Under the pieces are notes generated by a model that saw only the letters and a list, made by a program, of their open reading frames with translations, searched no databases and had not been told where the DNA came from. Shown here in pieces: positions 1 to 12,851 of a stretch of DNA of 64,000 nucleotides; positions within the stretch are counted from its first letter, which is position 1, and every line of letters begins with the position of its first letter. The translations under genes and the position numbers were made by a program. Source of the DNA: Hemiscyllium ocellatum (taxonomy: Eukaryota); the NCBI RefSeq assembly GCF_020745735.1, contig NC_083447.1, forward strand, positions 8,760,035 to 8,824,034. Direction: 5' to 3'.

Positions 1-147
1 GGTTTAGAGGGATATGGTCCAAACAGGACTAGATTAATTTAGGATATCTGGTCAGCATGGACAAGTTGGACCAAAGGGTTTATTTCTGTGCTGTACATCT
101 CTGACTCTAACGGACAACAGTTTTATGGTCACTTTATTTCTTTTTTG

Positions 148-457
148 AGATTAGATTACTTACAGTGTGGAAACAGGCCCTTCGGCCCAACAAGTCCACA
201 CCGACCCGCCGAAGCGCAACCCACCCATACCCCTACATTTACCCCTTACCTAACAGTACGGGCAATTTAGCATGGCCAATTCACCTGACCCGCACATCTT
301 TGGACTGTGGGAGGAAACTGGAGCACTCGGAGGAAACCCACGCAGACACGGGGAGAACGTGCAAACTCCACACAGTCAGTCACCTGAGTCGGGAATTGAA
401 CCCAGGTCTCAGGCGCTGTGAGACAGCAGTGCTAACCACTGTGCCACCGCGCCGCCC
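148..457 (-). mobile_element. HE1-like tRNA-derived V-domain SINE, full length
   Basis: tRNA head with A/B boxes, V-domain GTGTGGAGTTTGCACGTTCTCCCCGTG, CR1-type tail with (TCTAA)n; more than 20 further full or partial copies in the window. Confidence 0.9.
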
Positions 458-1289
458 ATTAGACCCTTAATGCCAGATTTTTATTGGATTCAAGTTGCAC
501 CATCTACTGTGATGGGAACTCAAAACTGTGTCCCCAGACCTGGGTTTCTGGATTAATAGGAGACTATGAGGTCTGCAGATGCTGGAGATCAGAGTTGAGA
601 GTGTGTTGCTGGAAAAGCACAGCAGGTCAGGCAGCATCTGAGGAGCAGGAGAACCGACCTTTCAGGCCGGAGCCCTTCTGGATTGATCGTCTAGCTATAA
701 TACCACCAGGCCATCACCCTCCCATAAGCCTGGACCCACCTGAGAAAGCCAGGCTGACTGAATGGTGACGATCAAGAGGAGTTTAGATTTATCTTGAAAG
801 GAAGCATGTCACAGGCCATGGGGTGAAAAGCACGAGGGAAGGAATTCTCTAGAGAGCCAGTACACACCATGATGGGCAGAATGGTCTCTTTTCTTGTGCT
901 GGTGCAGTGATTCTGTGATTTGGAGTTGTCGTGTTTGATGCTGTCACACGCTGAGGCACATTTCCTTTTGCAAAGCCAAGATTTAAAGTGAGTTGGCACA
1001 TCTTTAATTAGCTCAATCTTTGTTGTCTGTGGCAGTGGATCGAGCACGCTGGGGAGGACTGAGGCATCGAATATAGTTCCGCAGCTGTGAGAGAAGAAGG
1101 ATTCCCAAGTGGGCTTTGTCATTGGCTCCAGTATCACAGAATATTCCAAACACAAAGCCAAAGGTATAGCTCTCCCAGTGATGGAAGATATCATCTGAAG
1201 AATAAAACCAACACACAGAACAGGGGGGCAGTTAAAGCAGAAGCACCTCAGCATCTTATCTTAAAAGTCTTTATAACCTTCTGAATCAG

Positions 1290-1920
1290 AGTCCCAGTGA
1301 TGGGCATTATCGCTGGATTGTTAATCCAGAGACCCAGCTAATGATCTGGCGACCTGGGTTCGAATCTCACCACAGGAAAAGGTGGAATTTGAATTCAACA
1401 AAAATCTGGAATTCAGAATCTAACGGTGACTGTGAATGGGCAGTATGGTGGCTCAGTGGTTAGCACTGCAGCCTCACGGCACCAGGGTCCCAGGTTCGAT
1501 TCCAGCCTCGGGCGACTGACTGTATGGAGTTTGGGATTCCTCCGGGTGCTCCAGTTTCCTCCCACAGTCCAAAGATGTGCAGGTTAGGTGAATTGACCGT
1601 GCTAAATTGCCCATAGTGCTAGATGCATTAGACAAGAGGGAAATTGGTCTGGGTGGGTTACTCTTCGGAGGGTTGGTGGGGCTGAAGGGCCTGTTTCCAC
1701 ACTGTAGGTAACCTAATCTAATTGATTGTTGGAAACACCCATCTGGTTCCCTAATGCCTTTTAGGGAAGGAAACTGCCATCCTTCCCTGGTCTGGGCCTA
1801 CACGTAACTCCAGACCCACAGCAACGGGGTTGACTCTTAACTCATCCCTCTGGGCAATTAAGGATAGGGCAATAAAGGCTGACCCAGCCAGAGACACCCT
1901 CATCTTGTGAATGAATAATA
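1290..1920 (+). mobile_element. Second tRNA-derived SINE family (L2/CR1-like tail) interrupted by an HE1 copy at about 1438-1720
   Basis: Head ...TTAATCCAGAGACCCAG...GGTTCGAATC, tail GGCAATAAA...TGAATGAAT; related copies at about 14200-14520 (-), 17915-18500, 20040-20345 and 21870-22230 (-). Confidence 0.7.
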
Positions 1921-2729
1921 ATGATGGCCATTCAGCCTCTCAAATCCTATCATTCCACTGGCTTGTGACTGATCTGGTCAGGGCCTTAATGCCACCTACC
2001 CAATTACTCTTGGCTCCTCGATGAATGAAAAATTAGTGTTGTATGTATCCCACAGGCCTCTGCTTTCTGAGGTAGAGAATTCCACAGATTGTAGTGGGAG
2101 AGGGGAAATGATAAGAGGGTCAGACTCCTGAGCCCCTGTTGAAAATCCAACAACCTGTCCCAGCATTGCTTCACCAGCCCAGGTTCTCTCTGCTACATTC
2201 CTCTGGGTCCATTTGCATATCCACAGCCTCCTCCCAGCACCTTTCTCCTGTTCCCCTCTCCCAACTCATCCAGTTTAATTAGCCAATCGAGTCTGACAGG
2301 TCCATTCCCTGATTGCCATGACCAAATACCCCCATTTCACACTCCATCACCGCTGCTCCAGGTTCATCCTCCTCTCATCCCATGCCACATCTTCAGCCCA
2401 TAAGAAACAGGAACAGGAGTAGGCCATTCCACCCATTGAGCCTGCCCCCTCCATTCAACAGGATCATGGCTGATCCGACATTCCCCACGTTCACTTTCCT
2501 GCCCTTTCCCTTTGATTCCCTGACTGTTCCAGAATCAAGCTCAGCCTTAAATATACGTAAGGACTCTGTCCCCCACAGCTGTCTGTGGTAAGGGGTTCCA
2601 AAGACTCACAGCCCTCTGAGAGAAGAAATTCCTCCTCATCTCAGTCACAAGTTGGTGCCTCTTCAGACTGTTCCACCCCTCGTCCTATAAACCACCATCA
2701 TGTATGTTCATTAATGGAGACTGTGCTGT

Positions 2730-3545
2730 TGTGATTTGATTTTATTGTTGTCCTGTATACCGAGATACAGTGAAAAGTATTGTTTTGCATGCTATCCAGC
2801 CAAATCCGACCTTACATAAGTACACCAGGGTAATAGAACAGAATGCAGAATATAGTGTTACATTGACAGAGAAGATGCCAGTGAAAGATTAACTCTAATG
2901 TATGAGAGGTACATAGATCATCCAAGGAACAGGAGATTCCTGAAGAAGGGCTTATGCCCGAAACATCGAATTTCCTGTTCCTTGGATGCTGCCTGACCTG
3001 CTGCGCTTTTCCAGCGACACATTTTCAGCTCTGATCTCCAGCATCTGCAGACCTCACTTTCTCGTACATAGATCAGTCTGATAAAAGCGAGGAAGAAGCG
3101 GTTCTTGAATCTGTTGGAATGTTTTCAAACTTTTATATCTTCTGCCCGATGGAAGAGGGTGGGAGAGAGTATAACCAGGTGGGAGGGGTCTGTGCTGATG
3201 TTGGCTGCCTTCCTGAGGCAGTGGGAAATGTAGGTGGAGTCAGTAGATGGGAGGCTGGTGATAGACTGGGCTGTGTTCACACCTCTCTGCAGTTTCTTAC
3301 GAACTTGGGCAGAGCAGTTGCTGTACCACGTCGCGATGCATCCGGATAGGATGCTTTCTCTGGTACACTTATAACAGCAATTGTAGACATGCCAAATCTT
3401 CATAGCCTCCTGAGGAAGTAAGGCATTGTTGTGCTTTCTTAACCTTGGCTTCGACGTGGATGGATCGGGACAGATTGTTGGTGATATTTATGCCTCAGAA
3501 CTTGAAGCTCTTGACCATCTCCACCTCAGCACCATTGATACAGAA
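2730..3545 (-). mobile_element. Rex1/Babar-type LINE 3' fragment with a PLE terminal-repeat insertion (about 2921-3063)
   Basis: ESILSGCIATWYSNCSAQVRKKLQRGVNTAQSI; the insertion is flanked by the 12-bp duplication GTACATAGATCA (2909-2920, 3064-3075). Confidence 0.8.
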
Positions 3546-6500
3546 AGACCATCACTGGGCTAGTGATCCAGAGACCCAGGTTAATGTCCTGGAAATATCA
3601 GGACAAATCCTACAGGTACAATTTGTGACTAATACATACTGGTCTGACTTGCACTATATATTTCAAAGTGGAGCTCCAATCTGTCCACTTTCAAATATGA
3701 CGCTGTGTTTTTTTTTATCCTTGGTAGAATCTGAACTCAATTAATTAAATTGGAAGCTAGCCTCAGCAATAGTGACCATGACAAGTATCATAAAGCAAAA
3801 CAAAAATCTAGTTCACCAATGCACTTAGAGTCAAAGAGAGTTATAGAATCTTCCAGCACAGAAACAGACCCTTCGGTCCAACCAGTCCATAATCCCAAAC
3901 TAAATTAGTCCCATCTACTTGCACTTGGCTCATATCCTTCCAAACATTTCCTGTTCATGAACTTATCCAAATATCTTTTCAATGGTGTGACGGAAGTTCA
4001 TTCCACACACGAATCACTCTCTGTATAAAAAAGTTGCCCCTCGTGTCCTTTTTAAATCTTTCTCCTCTCACCTTAAAAATACGGCCCCTAGTTTTCAACT
4101 CCCCCACCCTAGGGATAAAGCCCTTGTCATTCACCCTATTCGTGCCCCTCATGATTTGATAAACCTCAATAAGGTCACCCCTCGACATCCTACGTTCCAG
4201 TGAAAAAAAGTCCCACTCTACCCTGTCTATTTTTATGCCTCAAACCTTCCATTCCTGACAACATCCTGGTACCCTCTCCATGTTTAATAATGTTAAAAAT
4301 CACACAGCACCAGGTTATAGTCCAACAGGTTTATTTGGAAGCACTAGCTTTTGGAGTGTTGCTCCTTTATCAGGTAACTGGGCGGCACGGTGGCACAGTG
4401 GTTAGCACTGCTAGAGACCTGGGTTCAATTCCCATCTCAGGTGACTCTCTGTGTGGAGTTTGCCTGCGTGGGTGTGCTCCGGTTTCCTCCCACAATCCAA
4501 AAATGTGTAGGTTAGGTGAATCGGCCATGCTAAATTGCCTGTAATGTTAGGTGAAGGGGTAAATGTAGGGGAATGGGTCTGGGTGGGTTGTGTGTTGGTG
4601 TGGACTTGTTGGGTTGAATGGCCTGTTTCCACACTGTAAGTAATCTAACTGTGGAGCAGGATCATTAGACACAGAATTTATAGCAAAAGATCACAGTGTC
4701 ATGCAATTAAATCATTCAATATATTGTTTTAATTGTGTGAAACTGTGAGCTTTTGCTATCAATTCTGTGTCTTATGATCCTGCCCCACTTGTTACCTGTG
4801 GAGCAGTGCTCTGAAAGCTAGTGCTTCCAAATAAACCTGTTGGACTATAAACTGGGGTTGTGTGATTTTTAACTTTGTCCACCCCAGTCTAATAGCGACA
4901 CCTCCACATCATGTCTGATAACACCCTTCCTATAACAGGGTGATCAGAACTGGACATAGTATTCCAGAAGAGGCCTCACCAATGTCATGTACAACCTCAA
5001 CTTCTCATCTGAACCCCTACACTCAATAGTCTGAGCAATGAGGCAAGCATGCCAAACGCCTTCCTAACCTCTCTGTCTACCTGCAGCACAGACTTCAAAG
5101 AATTATGTCCCTGAATCCCTAGGTCCCTCTATTTTACAACATTACTCATGGTCCTACCATCAATTGGACAAGTCTTATCAGGGAAGGAAACCTGCTATGT
5201 TTACCCGGTCTAGCCTATGACTCCAGACCCACGGGCTGTTCCGGGTGCACTCCCCTTCAAGGGCAATTAGAGATGCACTACAAATGCTGACCTTGCTGGC
5301 AATGCCTGTATTCCATGAAAGAATTTGAAACGCTCAACATGGCTTCTCAAGCTTGGTCTCATTTGCACAGCCCCACACTTCCAGTCTTGTCCACCTCTTC
5401 CCAAGCTTGATTTCCCTGAGCTCCCCCAGGTCCATTACCCGAATACCAAACCCTGAGACAACAACAACTTGCTTTTACACAGCACCTTTAAAGTGGTGAA
5501 TCACCCCAAGGTGCTTCCTGGGAGCACCATTGAGCACAATTTGACAGAGCTCCCTAATGAGACAAAAAACCCAAAGAACTGCAGATGCTGGAAATCTGAA
5601 ACAAAATCGGAAATTGTTGGAAGAAAAAAACTCAGCAGGTCTGGCAGCATCTGTGGATGGAAGGCAGAGTTAACAGTTTGTTCACAAAGTTAACACACCG
5701 CCCTGTTCCCTGGCCAACATCTCTGTCTCAGGCTTACTACAGTGCTCCAGCTTAGCACAAGTTGGAAGAACAGCATTTCATTTTCCACTGTGGAACCCTG
5801 CAACCTTCAGGACTCAATATTGAGTTCAATAACTTTACGACCTGAGCAACTTCTCCCACGTCCTTATCCCAACCCCCACATATCAAGCCTTGGCATCACA
5901 TGAGCTGCTACCACAACACTGCCCATCATCAGCCACTAATGGTCTTCATTTGCAGCTATTCATTCTCCCAGGCTGACCTTTACTCACTCTTTTGTCTGCC
6001 CAACTGTTTTTTTCCCTCTCCCTGGGCTCCATCTCCACCTACTGTTTACTCCTTCCCCCGCCACAGCCATCTTCAACATGTGTACCAACCTTTCCCTAGC
6101 TACAGTCAATTCTGAGGAAAGGTGACTAGACCCAAAAACATTAACCCTGCTTTCTCTCCACAGATGCTGGCAGGCCTGCTGAGTTTCTCCGGCAATTTCA
6201 GATTTTGTGCCTTATGAGTCAATTGGTTTGCAAAGTATAGTCAAAGAAGTGAATTTTGCCCATTGCCTTGAAGGAGGTCAGAGAGGCATGGAGTTTTAGG
6301 GAGGGAATTCTTGAGCCTACGACCCAAGCTGCTGAAGGCACAATGAGTGCATGAGCAAAGGGCTAGAATTGGAGGAGCACAGAGACCCCAGAGAGTCATG
6401 GGATTGAAAGAGGTTAGACAGAGGGGACAAGGGTAAGGAGAGATGTGTGAACAACAATGAAGTTGGATGTCACATGACACCCTGTTATATACTAACAGTT

Positions 6501-6715
6501 TATTTGAAATCACAAGCTTTCGGAGCACTGCTCCTTTGTCAGGTGAAGTGTTGATATACATGATCTTCTTGGAGATCCTATCCACTTTGAGCCGGCAGTT
6601 TGTAGCCATGATATGGAGGTGCCAGTGTTGGACTGGGGTGGACAAAGTCAGATGTCATAAGACACCAGGTTATAATCCAACAGGTTTATTTGAAATCACA
6701 AGCTGCTCCCTTTTT

Positions 6716-7006
6716 GATTAGATTAGATTACGTACAGTGTGGAAACAGGCCCTTCGGCCCAACAAGTCCACTCCGACCCGCCGAAGCGCAACCCACCCAT
6801 ACCCCTACATTTACCCCTGAACTAACACTACACCTGACCCGCACATCTTTGGACTGTGGGAGGAAACCGGAGCACCCGGAGGAAACCCACGCAGACACGG
6901 GGAGAACGTGCAAACTCCACACAGTCAGTCGCCTGAGTCGGGAATTGAACCTAGGTCTCAGGCGCTATGAGACAGCAGTGCTAACCGCTGTGTCACTGTG
7001 CCGCCC
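6716..7006 (-). mobile_element. HE1-like SINE
   Basis: Near-identical to 148-457 with an internal deletion. Confidence 0.9.
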
Positions 7007-7297
7007 TTGTCAAGTGAATTCTGTCAAAACAAAGATAAGCATTTTAAATAGATGGTCCATTCCCTTTTAACAATTAACTTCAGCTGATTAGTGAGAGGGC
7101 TGTTGTGGTGCAGTGGTACTGTCCCTACCTATGAGCCAGGAGACCTAAGTTCAAATCCCACCTGCTCCAGAGGTGCGTAATAGCATCTCTGAACAGGTTG
7201 ATTAGAAAATTAACTCATTTGATTAGTTCAGTCGCAATTTCTGGAACTGCATCTGAAAGACAAATAAGTTCAAAAGTTTGTGGCCAACTTTGTCCAA

Positions 7298-7316
7298 CAG
7301 CGCTCCCTGCTGCACA
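7298..7316 (-). promoter_or_regulatory. CTCF-like site upstream of POLR1G
   Basis: Minus strand TGTGCAGCAGGGAGCGCTG in unique sequence. Confidence 0.45.
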
Positions 7317-7984
7317 AGTGGAATTTCTGTCGGCAGACTGGATGGGCCACAATCCCTTTAAGGGACTTGCTGTGGTGACTAACCACTGGAGACATTTACC
7401 GAAACGTATTAAAACATAAGCAATGCAATTCATCATTTAGAAATGAAAACAACAATTCTCAATGACCTACCTCTGTGTTTGAAAGGGAAATAATAAAAAT
7501 AGATATCTTCCTTCCCCCCCCATTCAAGTGGATTAGCCTAAAGTTCAGCTTTAAGATTTCCCCTGAGGCTGCACCATTCCATTTTTATAGGGGGGAACAG
7601 ATGGTGATAAAGATATACAGCAAATACATTTTGTGAACAGCTGAAATTACATTGTGAGCCCAACTTAACAATAATAATCATTAATATTATGAAACAGGTG
7701 TCGGATGTAGACGTTTTTCTTCGGTAAGAGAGATAAGTCAGTTCCATGGAGGTGGACAAGTGAGGGAGCTGGAGATTGTTTCATTAGGAGCGGAGGGAGG
7801 TGGACGTTTGTGCTGAATCTAAATAAACGTTGTCAGAGGCTGGGAATGCCGTCCGCTGTATTTAAGAGAAGTTTATAAACCAATAAAAGTTTGTTCCGCT
7901 GTGTAGGGTTGGTTGTAAATGTTGATATTGTCGATATGGGGAAAAGGCAAGACTTGAACCCCCCCCCCCAATGTCCCACAGGGT

Positions 7985-8069
7985 GAGCGATGGATTGGTC
8001 GGGGTCAAAGGTCGGCACGTGGTTGCCCGGGGAGACGGGCCTGGTCCTCGCCGCCGCCTCGGCCACGGG
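7985..8069 (+). promoter_or_regulatory. POLR1G CpG-rich proximal promoter / 5'UTR
   Basis: Reverse CCAAT (ATTGG 7994-7998), DR1-like GGGTCA-A-AGGTCG (8002-8014) and E-box CACGTG (8016-8021) directly upstream of the ATG. Confidence 0.55.
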
Positions 8070-8139
8070 ATGGAGCGGGAGCGCTGGGCCGTGTCCAGCA
8101 GCGAGGGGAGTGATATCGAGAGACCGGACACACCGCCAG
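8070..8139 (+). CDS. POLR1G: RNA polymerase I subunit G (PAF49/RPA34/CD3EAP), coding exon 1
   Basis: ATG at 8070 in a CpG-rich patch; encodes MERERWAVSSSEGSDIERPDTPP plus 1 nt; donor CAG|GTGAGG at 8140; phase 1 matches exon 2. Confidence 0.8.
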
Positions 8140-8187
8140 GTGAGGAGCCCGAGCCCGAGCATTGCTCACCCGCCTCATGGAGGCACC

Positions 8188-8708
8188 GGGGGACTGTTAA
8201 TGGGGACGGACTGACCCCCTCCCCTGGGGGGGACTGTTAATGGGGACGGACTGACCCCCTCCCCTGGGGGGGGACTGTTAATGGGGACGGACTGACCCCC
8301 TCCCCTGGGGGGGGACTGTTAATGGGGACGGACTGACCCCCTCCCCTGGGGGGGACTGTTAATGGGGACGGACTGACCCCCTCCCCTGGGGGGGGGGGGG
8401 ACTGTTAATGGGGACGGACTGACACCCTCCCCTGGGGGGGGACTGTTAATGGGGACGGACTGACCCCCTCCCCTGGGGGGGACTGTTAATGGGGACGGAC
8501 TGGCACCCTCCCCTGGGGGGGGACTGTTAATGGGGACGGACTGGCACCCTCCCCTGGGGGGGGACTATTGATGGGGGCGGACTGACACCCTCCCCTGGGG
8601 GGGGACTATTGATGGGGATGGACTGGCACCCTCCCCTGGGGGGGGACTATTGATGGGGGCGGACTGACACCCTCCCCTGGGTGTGGGGACTGTTAATGGG
8701 GATGGACT
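8188..8708. repeat. GC-rich minisatellite, about 41-bp unit, about 13 copies, in POLR1G intron 1
   Basis: Unit ACTGTTAATGGGGACGGACTGACCCCCTCCCCT(G)n repeated directly. Confidence 0.95.
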
Positions 8709-9316
8709 CCAAATCCCTTATTGACTTGGGAGACAGAAAAGGGACGGATGAGAAACCTCCAGAGGGGATGACTTTCCGAAGGTTCATAAAATCATGAGGG
8801 GCGTATATAAGGTGATTGACAGAAGGTCTTTGTCCTAGGGTGGGAGATTTCAAGATTAGGGAGGTGTGTTTTTAAGACGAAGGGAGAGAGATTTAGAAAA
8901 GACAAGAGTCAACTTTTGTTTTTACACAGAGAGTGGTTCGTGTGTGGAATGAGCATCCACAGGAAGTGGTGGAGGCGGGTACAGTTACAACATTTAAAAG
9001 ACATTTACATAACTACTTGTGAGAAATGTTTAGAGGGATATGGACTGAACAGGCAGGTAGGACTGTTTATTTTGGGATTATGGTTGGCATGGACTAGTTG
9101 GACTGGAGGGTCTGTTTCTGTGTTGTATGATTCCTCCTCCTATGTTGGCTGCAAACTCTCACTCCTTTTGTCGTCTCTTTACATTTTGAGTCCAGTCACC
9201 TTTCTTCAGAGCTGCACTCCATGTCAACTCTGCTTTCTCTTGGCAGACCTGCTGAGTTTCTCCAGCCACTTCTGTCTTTGACTTAAAGACTGAGGCTGTT
9301 TTACTTGTCGTTTCAG

Positions 9317-9464
9317 GGCCTGCTAGGGTGACAAAGTTTCAGTGTCCGTCGGAATTTACCGCGTGTCCACAGGCAACATCATGTGAGCTCAAGCCAGAGA
9401 AAGTGAACGACCCCTCCACAGAACTCTGGCTCATCAAAGCACCCACGGACTTCGATCCACATAG
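9317..9464 (+). CDS. POLR1G: POLR1G coding exon 2
   Basis: Acceptor tttcag| and donor AG|GTGAGC; translates (G)PARVTKFQCPSEFTACPQATSCELKPEKVNDPSTELWLIKAPTDFDPH(S), matching the A34 N-terminal motifs F-x-C-P-x-x-F and TELWLI-x-AP-x-DF-x-P. Not in the ORF track. Confidence 0.93.
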
Positions 9465-10164
9465 GTGAGCACACAGAGCATTGAATCACCTGCGAACCTC
9501 TCGTTTTAAAATCTCTAAGGGTCAGTGCACCCAAAACATTAACTCTGATTTCTCTTCATAGATCTGCTGAGCTTTTGCTGCATTTGCAGTTTTTGGCTCT
9601 CGTTTTTAAAGCAATGTTATGATAACACTTAGTCACATACTCATGAAGGGGTAAGATGGTGGCACAGTAGTAATCCAGAGGCCTGGGGAAACCGGTTTGA
9701 ATCCTGTCAGTGCTTGTGGAACTTGAATTCAACTAAAAATCACAAACAAGGAAAAAGCACATCTACCAGCATCTGCGGAGAGCAATAGAGTTAATGTTTC
9801 AAGTCTGGTGTAAGTTCAGAATCAAATCAGTAAGTGGAAGCTAGTCCCAGTGATGGCGATCACAAAATTATCGTTAGTTGTGGTAAAATACACCTTATTC
9901 ACTGCCTTTTTTAGGGAAGGACACCTGTCCTTGTCTGGTCTGGCCTGTACCTAACACCAGACCTACATTTCAACGGCCTTCTGAAATGGCTGAGCAAGTC
10001 ACCCAGTCATAGAGCCGTACAGCACGGAAACAGACCCTTCGGTCCAACCCACTCATGCTAACCAGATATCCTAAACCGATCTCATCCCGTTTGCCAGCAC
10101 TTGGCCCATATCCCTGTCAACCCTTCCTATTCATATATTCATCCAGACACCTTTCAAATGCTCA

Positions 10165-11345
10165 GGGTCGAGAGTACAGTGCTGGAAAACACAGCAGGTC
10201 AGGCAGCATCCAAGGAGCAGGTGAATCGACATTTTGGGCAGAAGCCCTTTCATCAGGAATGAGGGTCGTGGACTTGGGGTGCTGAGAGATAAATGGGAGG
10301 GGGATGGGTTGAGGTAAAGGTAGCTGAGAAAGCAATAGATGGCTGAAGGTGAGGAAGAAGGAGATAGGTCAGGGAGTGTGGAGTGGATAAATGGGAAAGG
10401 TGATGGACAGGTCTGGAGGGTGGTGCCAAGCTGGAGGCTTGGGATCAGGATGATCTGGAAGGAGGGGAAATGAGGAAACTGTTGAAATCCACATTGATCC
10501 TGTGTGGTTGCAGGGTCCCAAGGTGAAATGAGGTGTTCTTCCTCCAGGCGCGGGTGGTTATGGTTTAGCGGTGGACGAGGCCCAAGACCTGCATGTCTTT
10601 GGAGTGGCAGGGGGCGTTAAAGTGTCCAGCCACAGGGCAGCGGGGTTGGTCAGTGCAGGTGTCCCAGAGATGTTGTCTGAAACAATCCACAAGAGGGTGT
10701 CCTATCTCCCTGATGTAGAGGAGACTACATCGGGTGCAATGCAGTAGATGTCATTGGGAGAGGTACAAGTAAATTCCTGACGGATGTGGAAGGATCCTTT
10801 AAGGCATTGGATGGAGGTGAGGGGAGTGGTGTGGGTGCAGGTTGTGCACTTCCTGCCGTGGCAGGGGAAGGTGCCAGGAGTGGGGTGTGGGCTGGTGGGG
10901 GGCGGGGGGCATGGACCTGACGAGGGAGTTGTGTAGAGAATGGTCTTTCCAGAACGCTGATAGGGGTGGGGAGGGAAATATATCTTTGGCGGGGTCCATT
11001 TGGAGGTCCCAGAAGTGGTGTAGGATGGTGCGATGTTTGCAGAGGTTGGTGGGGTGAAAGATTTGAACCGGGGAGTGGTCCTGTCCTTGATGGGTTGGGA
11101 GGTGTGGGTTCAAGGGCGGTGGTGTGGGAAGTGGAGGAGATGCGCTGGAGGGTACCATCGACCACGTGGGAAAGGAAATTGCGATCTTGGAAGAAGGAGG
11201 CCATCTGTAATTTTCTAAGATGGAATTGGTCATTCTGGGAACAGATGCAGTGGAGGCGGATGAACTGGGAATAAGGGATGGTGATTTTACAGAAGGTAGG
11301 GTGGGAGGAGGTGAGGTGTAGTTGCTGTGGGAGGAGGTGGGCTTG
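10165..11345 (-). mobile_element. Penelope-like element (Neptune-type) 3' fragment with terminal repeat
   Basis: SSHP...IPYSQFIRLHCICS (PLE RT C-terminus), degraded GIY-YIG region, and a terminal repeat with a decayed hammerhead core at about 10225-10260. Confidence 0.85.
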
Positions 11346-11351
11346 TAGTAG

Positions 11352-11801
11352 AAATGTTGTCATTGTACTAGCCTCCCTCACTTCCCCTGGCAGCTCATTC
11401 CATACACTCATCCCTCTCTGCTTGAAAAGGTTGCCCTTTAGGTCCCTTTTATATCTTTTTCCTCTCACTCTAAACCTATGCCGTCTAATTCTGAACTCCC
11501 CCACCCCAGGGTAAAGACATTGTTTATTTATCCTGTCCATGCCCCTCATAATTTTATTAACCTCTATAAGGTCACCCCTCAGCCTCCGATGCTCCAGGGA
11601 AAACAGCCCCAGCCTGTTCAGCCTCTCCCTGTAGTTCAAACCCTCCAATCCTGGCAACATCCTTGTAAATCTTTTCTGAACCCTTTCAAGTTTCATAACA
11701 TCCTTCCTATAGCAGGGAGACCAGAACTGAATGCAGTATTCCAAAAGTGGCCTAACCAATGTTCATTACAGCTACAATATGAGCTTCCAACTCCTGTACT
11801 C
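11352..11801 (-). mobile_element. CR1 LINE fragment joined to a Penelope fragment
   Basis: N-terminal part of ORF 10725-11759 is CR1 ORF2 C-terminus. Confidence 0.9.
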
Positions 11802-12851
11802 ATGGGCAGAGATGAATGGTTGACAAATGCACCTGAAAGGATAAATTATTTGAGTGGGTGTCAGCTATAGCACTTGTGTTCTGAAGAAGGGTCACTTGAC
11901 CCAAATTGTTACCTCTGATTTCTCTCCATCTGTTACCAGACCTACTGAAATTTTCCAGCAGTTTCTTTTGGTTTTTAATTAAATGGGTGTTAGCTATAGC
12001 ACTTCCCACTCTTAATTCAGAATGGTTTGTGTACTACAAAGGGAGTGCTGCATGTGCTCTGGTTTCCTTCTGTAATCCAGAGATATGCAGGTTCGGGTGG
12101 ATTGGCTGTGCTCAACTGCCCTGTGGTGCCCAGGGATGTGCAGGCTGGGTGGGTTAGCCATGGGAAATGCAGGGTTACAGGGATAGGGTAAGGGGGTGGG
12201 GCTGGGTGGGATGCTCTTCACAGGCTCGGTGTGGACTCAGGCCAAATGACCTGCCCCCACACTGTGGGGATTATGTAATTTTGATATAATTTTATAAATG
12301 CAAAAGGGCCCATGGCACTAATCCAAGGAACAAGGGAGTTCTCCCTAGTGCCCTGGCTAATACTCAATGTCATCAAAAGGATTTGTCCAGTAAATGTCAC
12401 TTTATTTTTTTTGAGAGCTTGCGGTGCTCAGACTGACGGCTGTGTTTCCTACAACAGTAACAACACGTGAAAAGCATTTCATGGCTGTGTTGTGGGATGT
12501 CCAGCTGGCTTGAAAGGCACCACATAAACACACGTTGCTTACTTGGCACTTCGGAGCAGAGCTGAAAATGTGTTGCTGGAAAGGCGCAGCAGGTCAGGCA
12601 GCATCCAAGGAGCAGGAGGTTCGACGTTTCGGGCATAAGCCCTTCTTCCTGAAGAAGGGCTTATGCCTGAAAGGTTGAATCTCTTGTTCCTTGGATGCTG
12701 CCTGATCTGCTGCGCCTTTCCAGCAACACATTTTCAGCTCTGATCTCCAGCATCTGCAGACCTCACTTTCACTTCGGAGCAGAGAGAGAGAGAGAGAGAT
12801 GTGATTGTATTTGCAATTGGCTCTATTTTCGTTTCTTTTCCGTTCTTTCAG

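Noticed and set aside
10725-11759. 344-aa ORF suggesting a CR1-Penelope fusion protein
   Set aside because: Chance in-frame junction of two decayed retroelement fragments; no start context and it drifts out of the PLE frame.
12805-12851. Single-exon 214-aa POLR1G ORF
   Set aside because: The first 16 codons are the polypyrimidine tract; the true N-terminus is in exons at 8070 and 9317.
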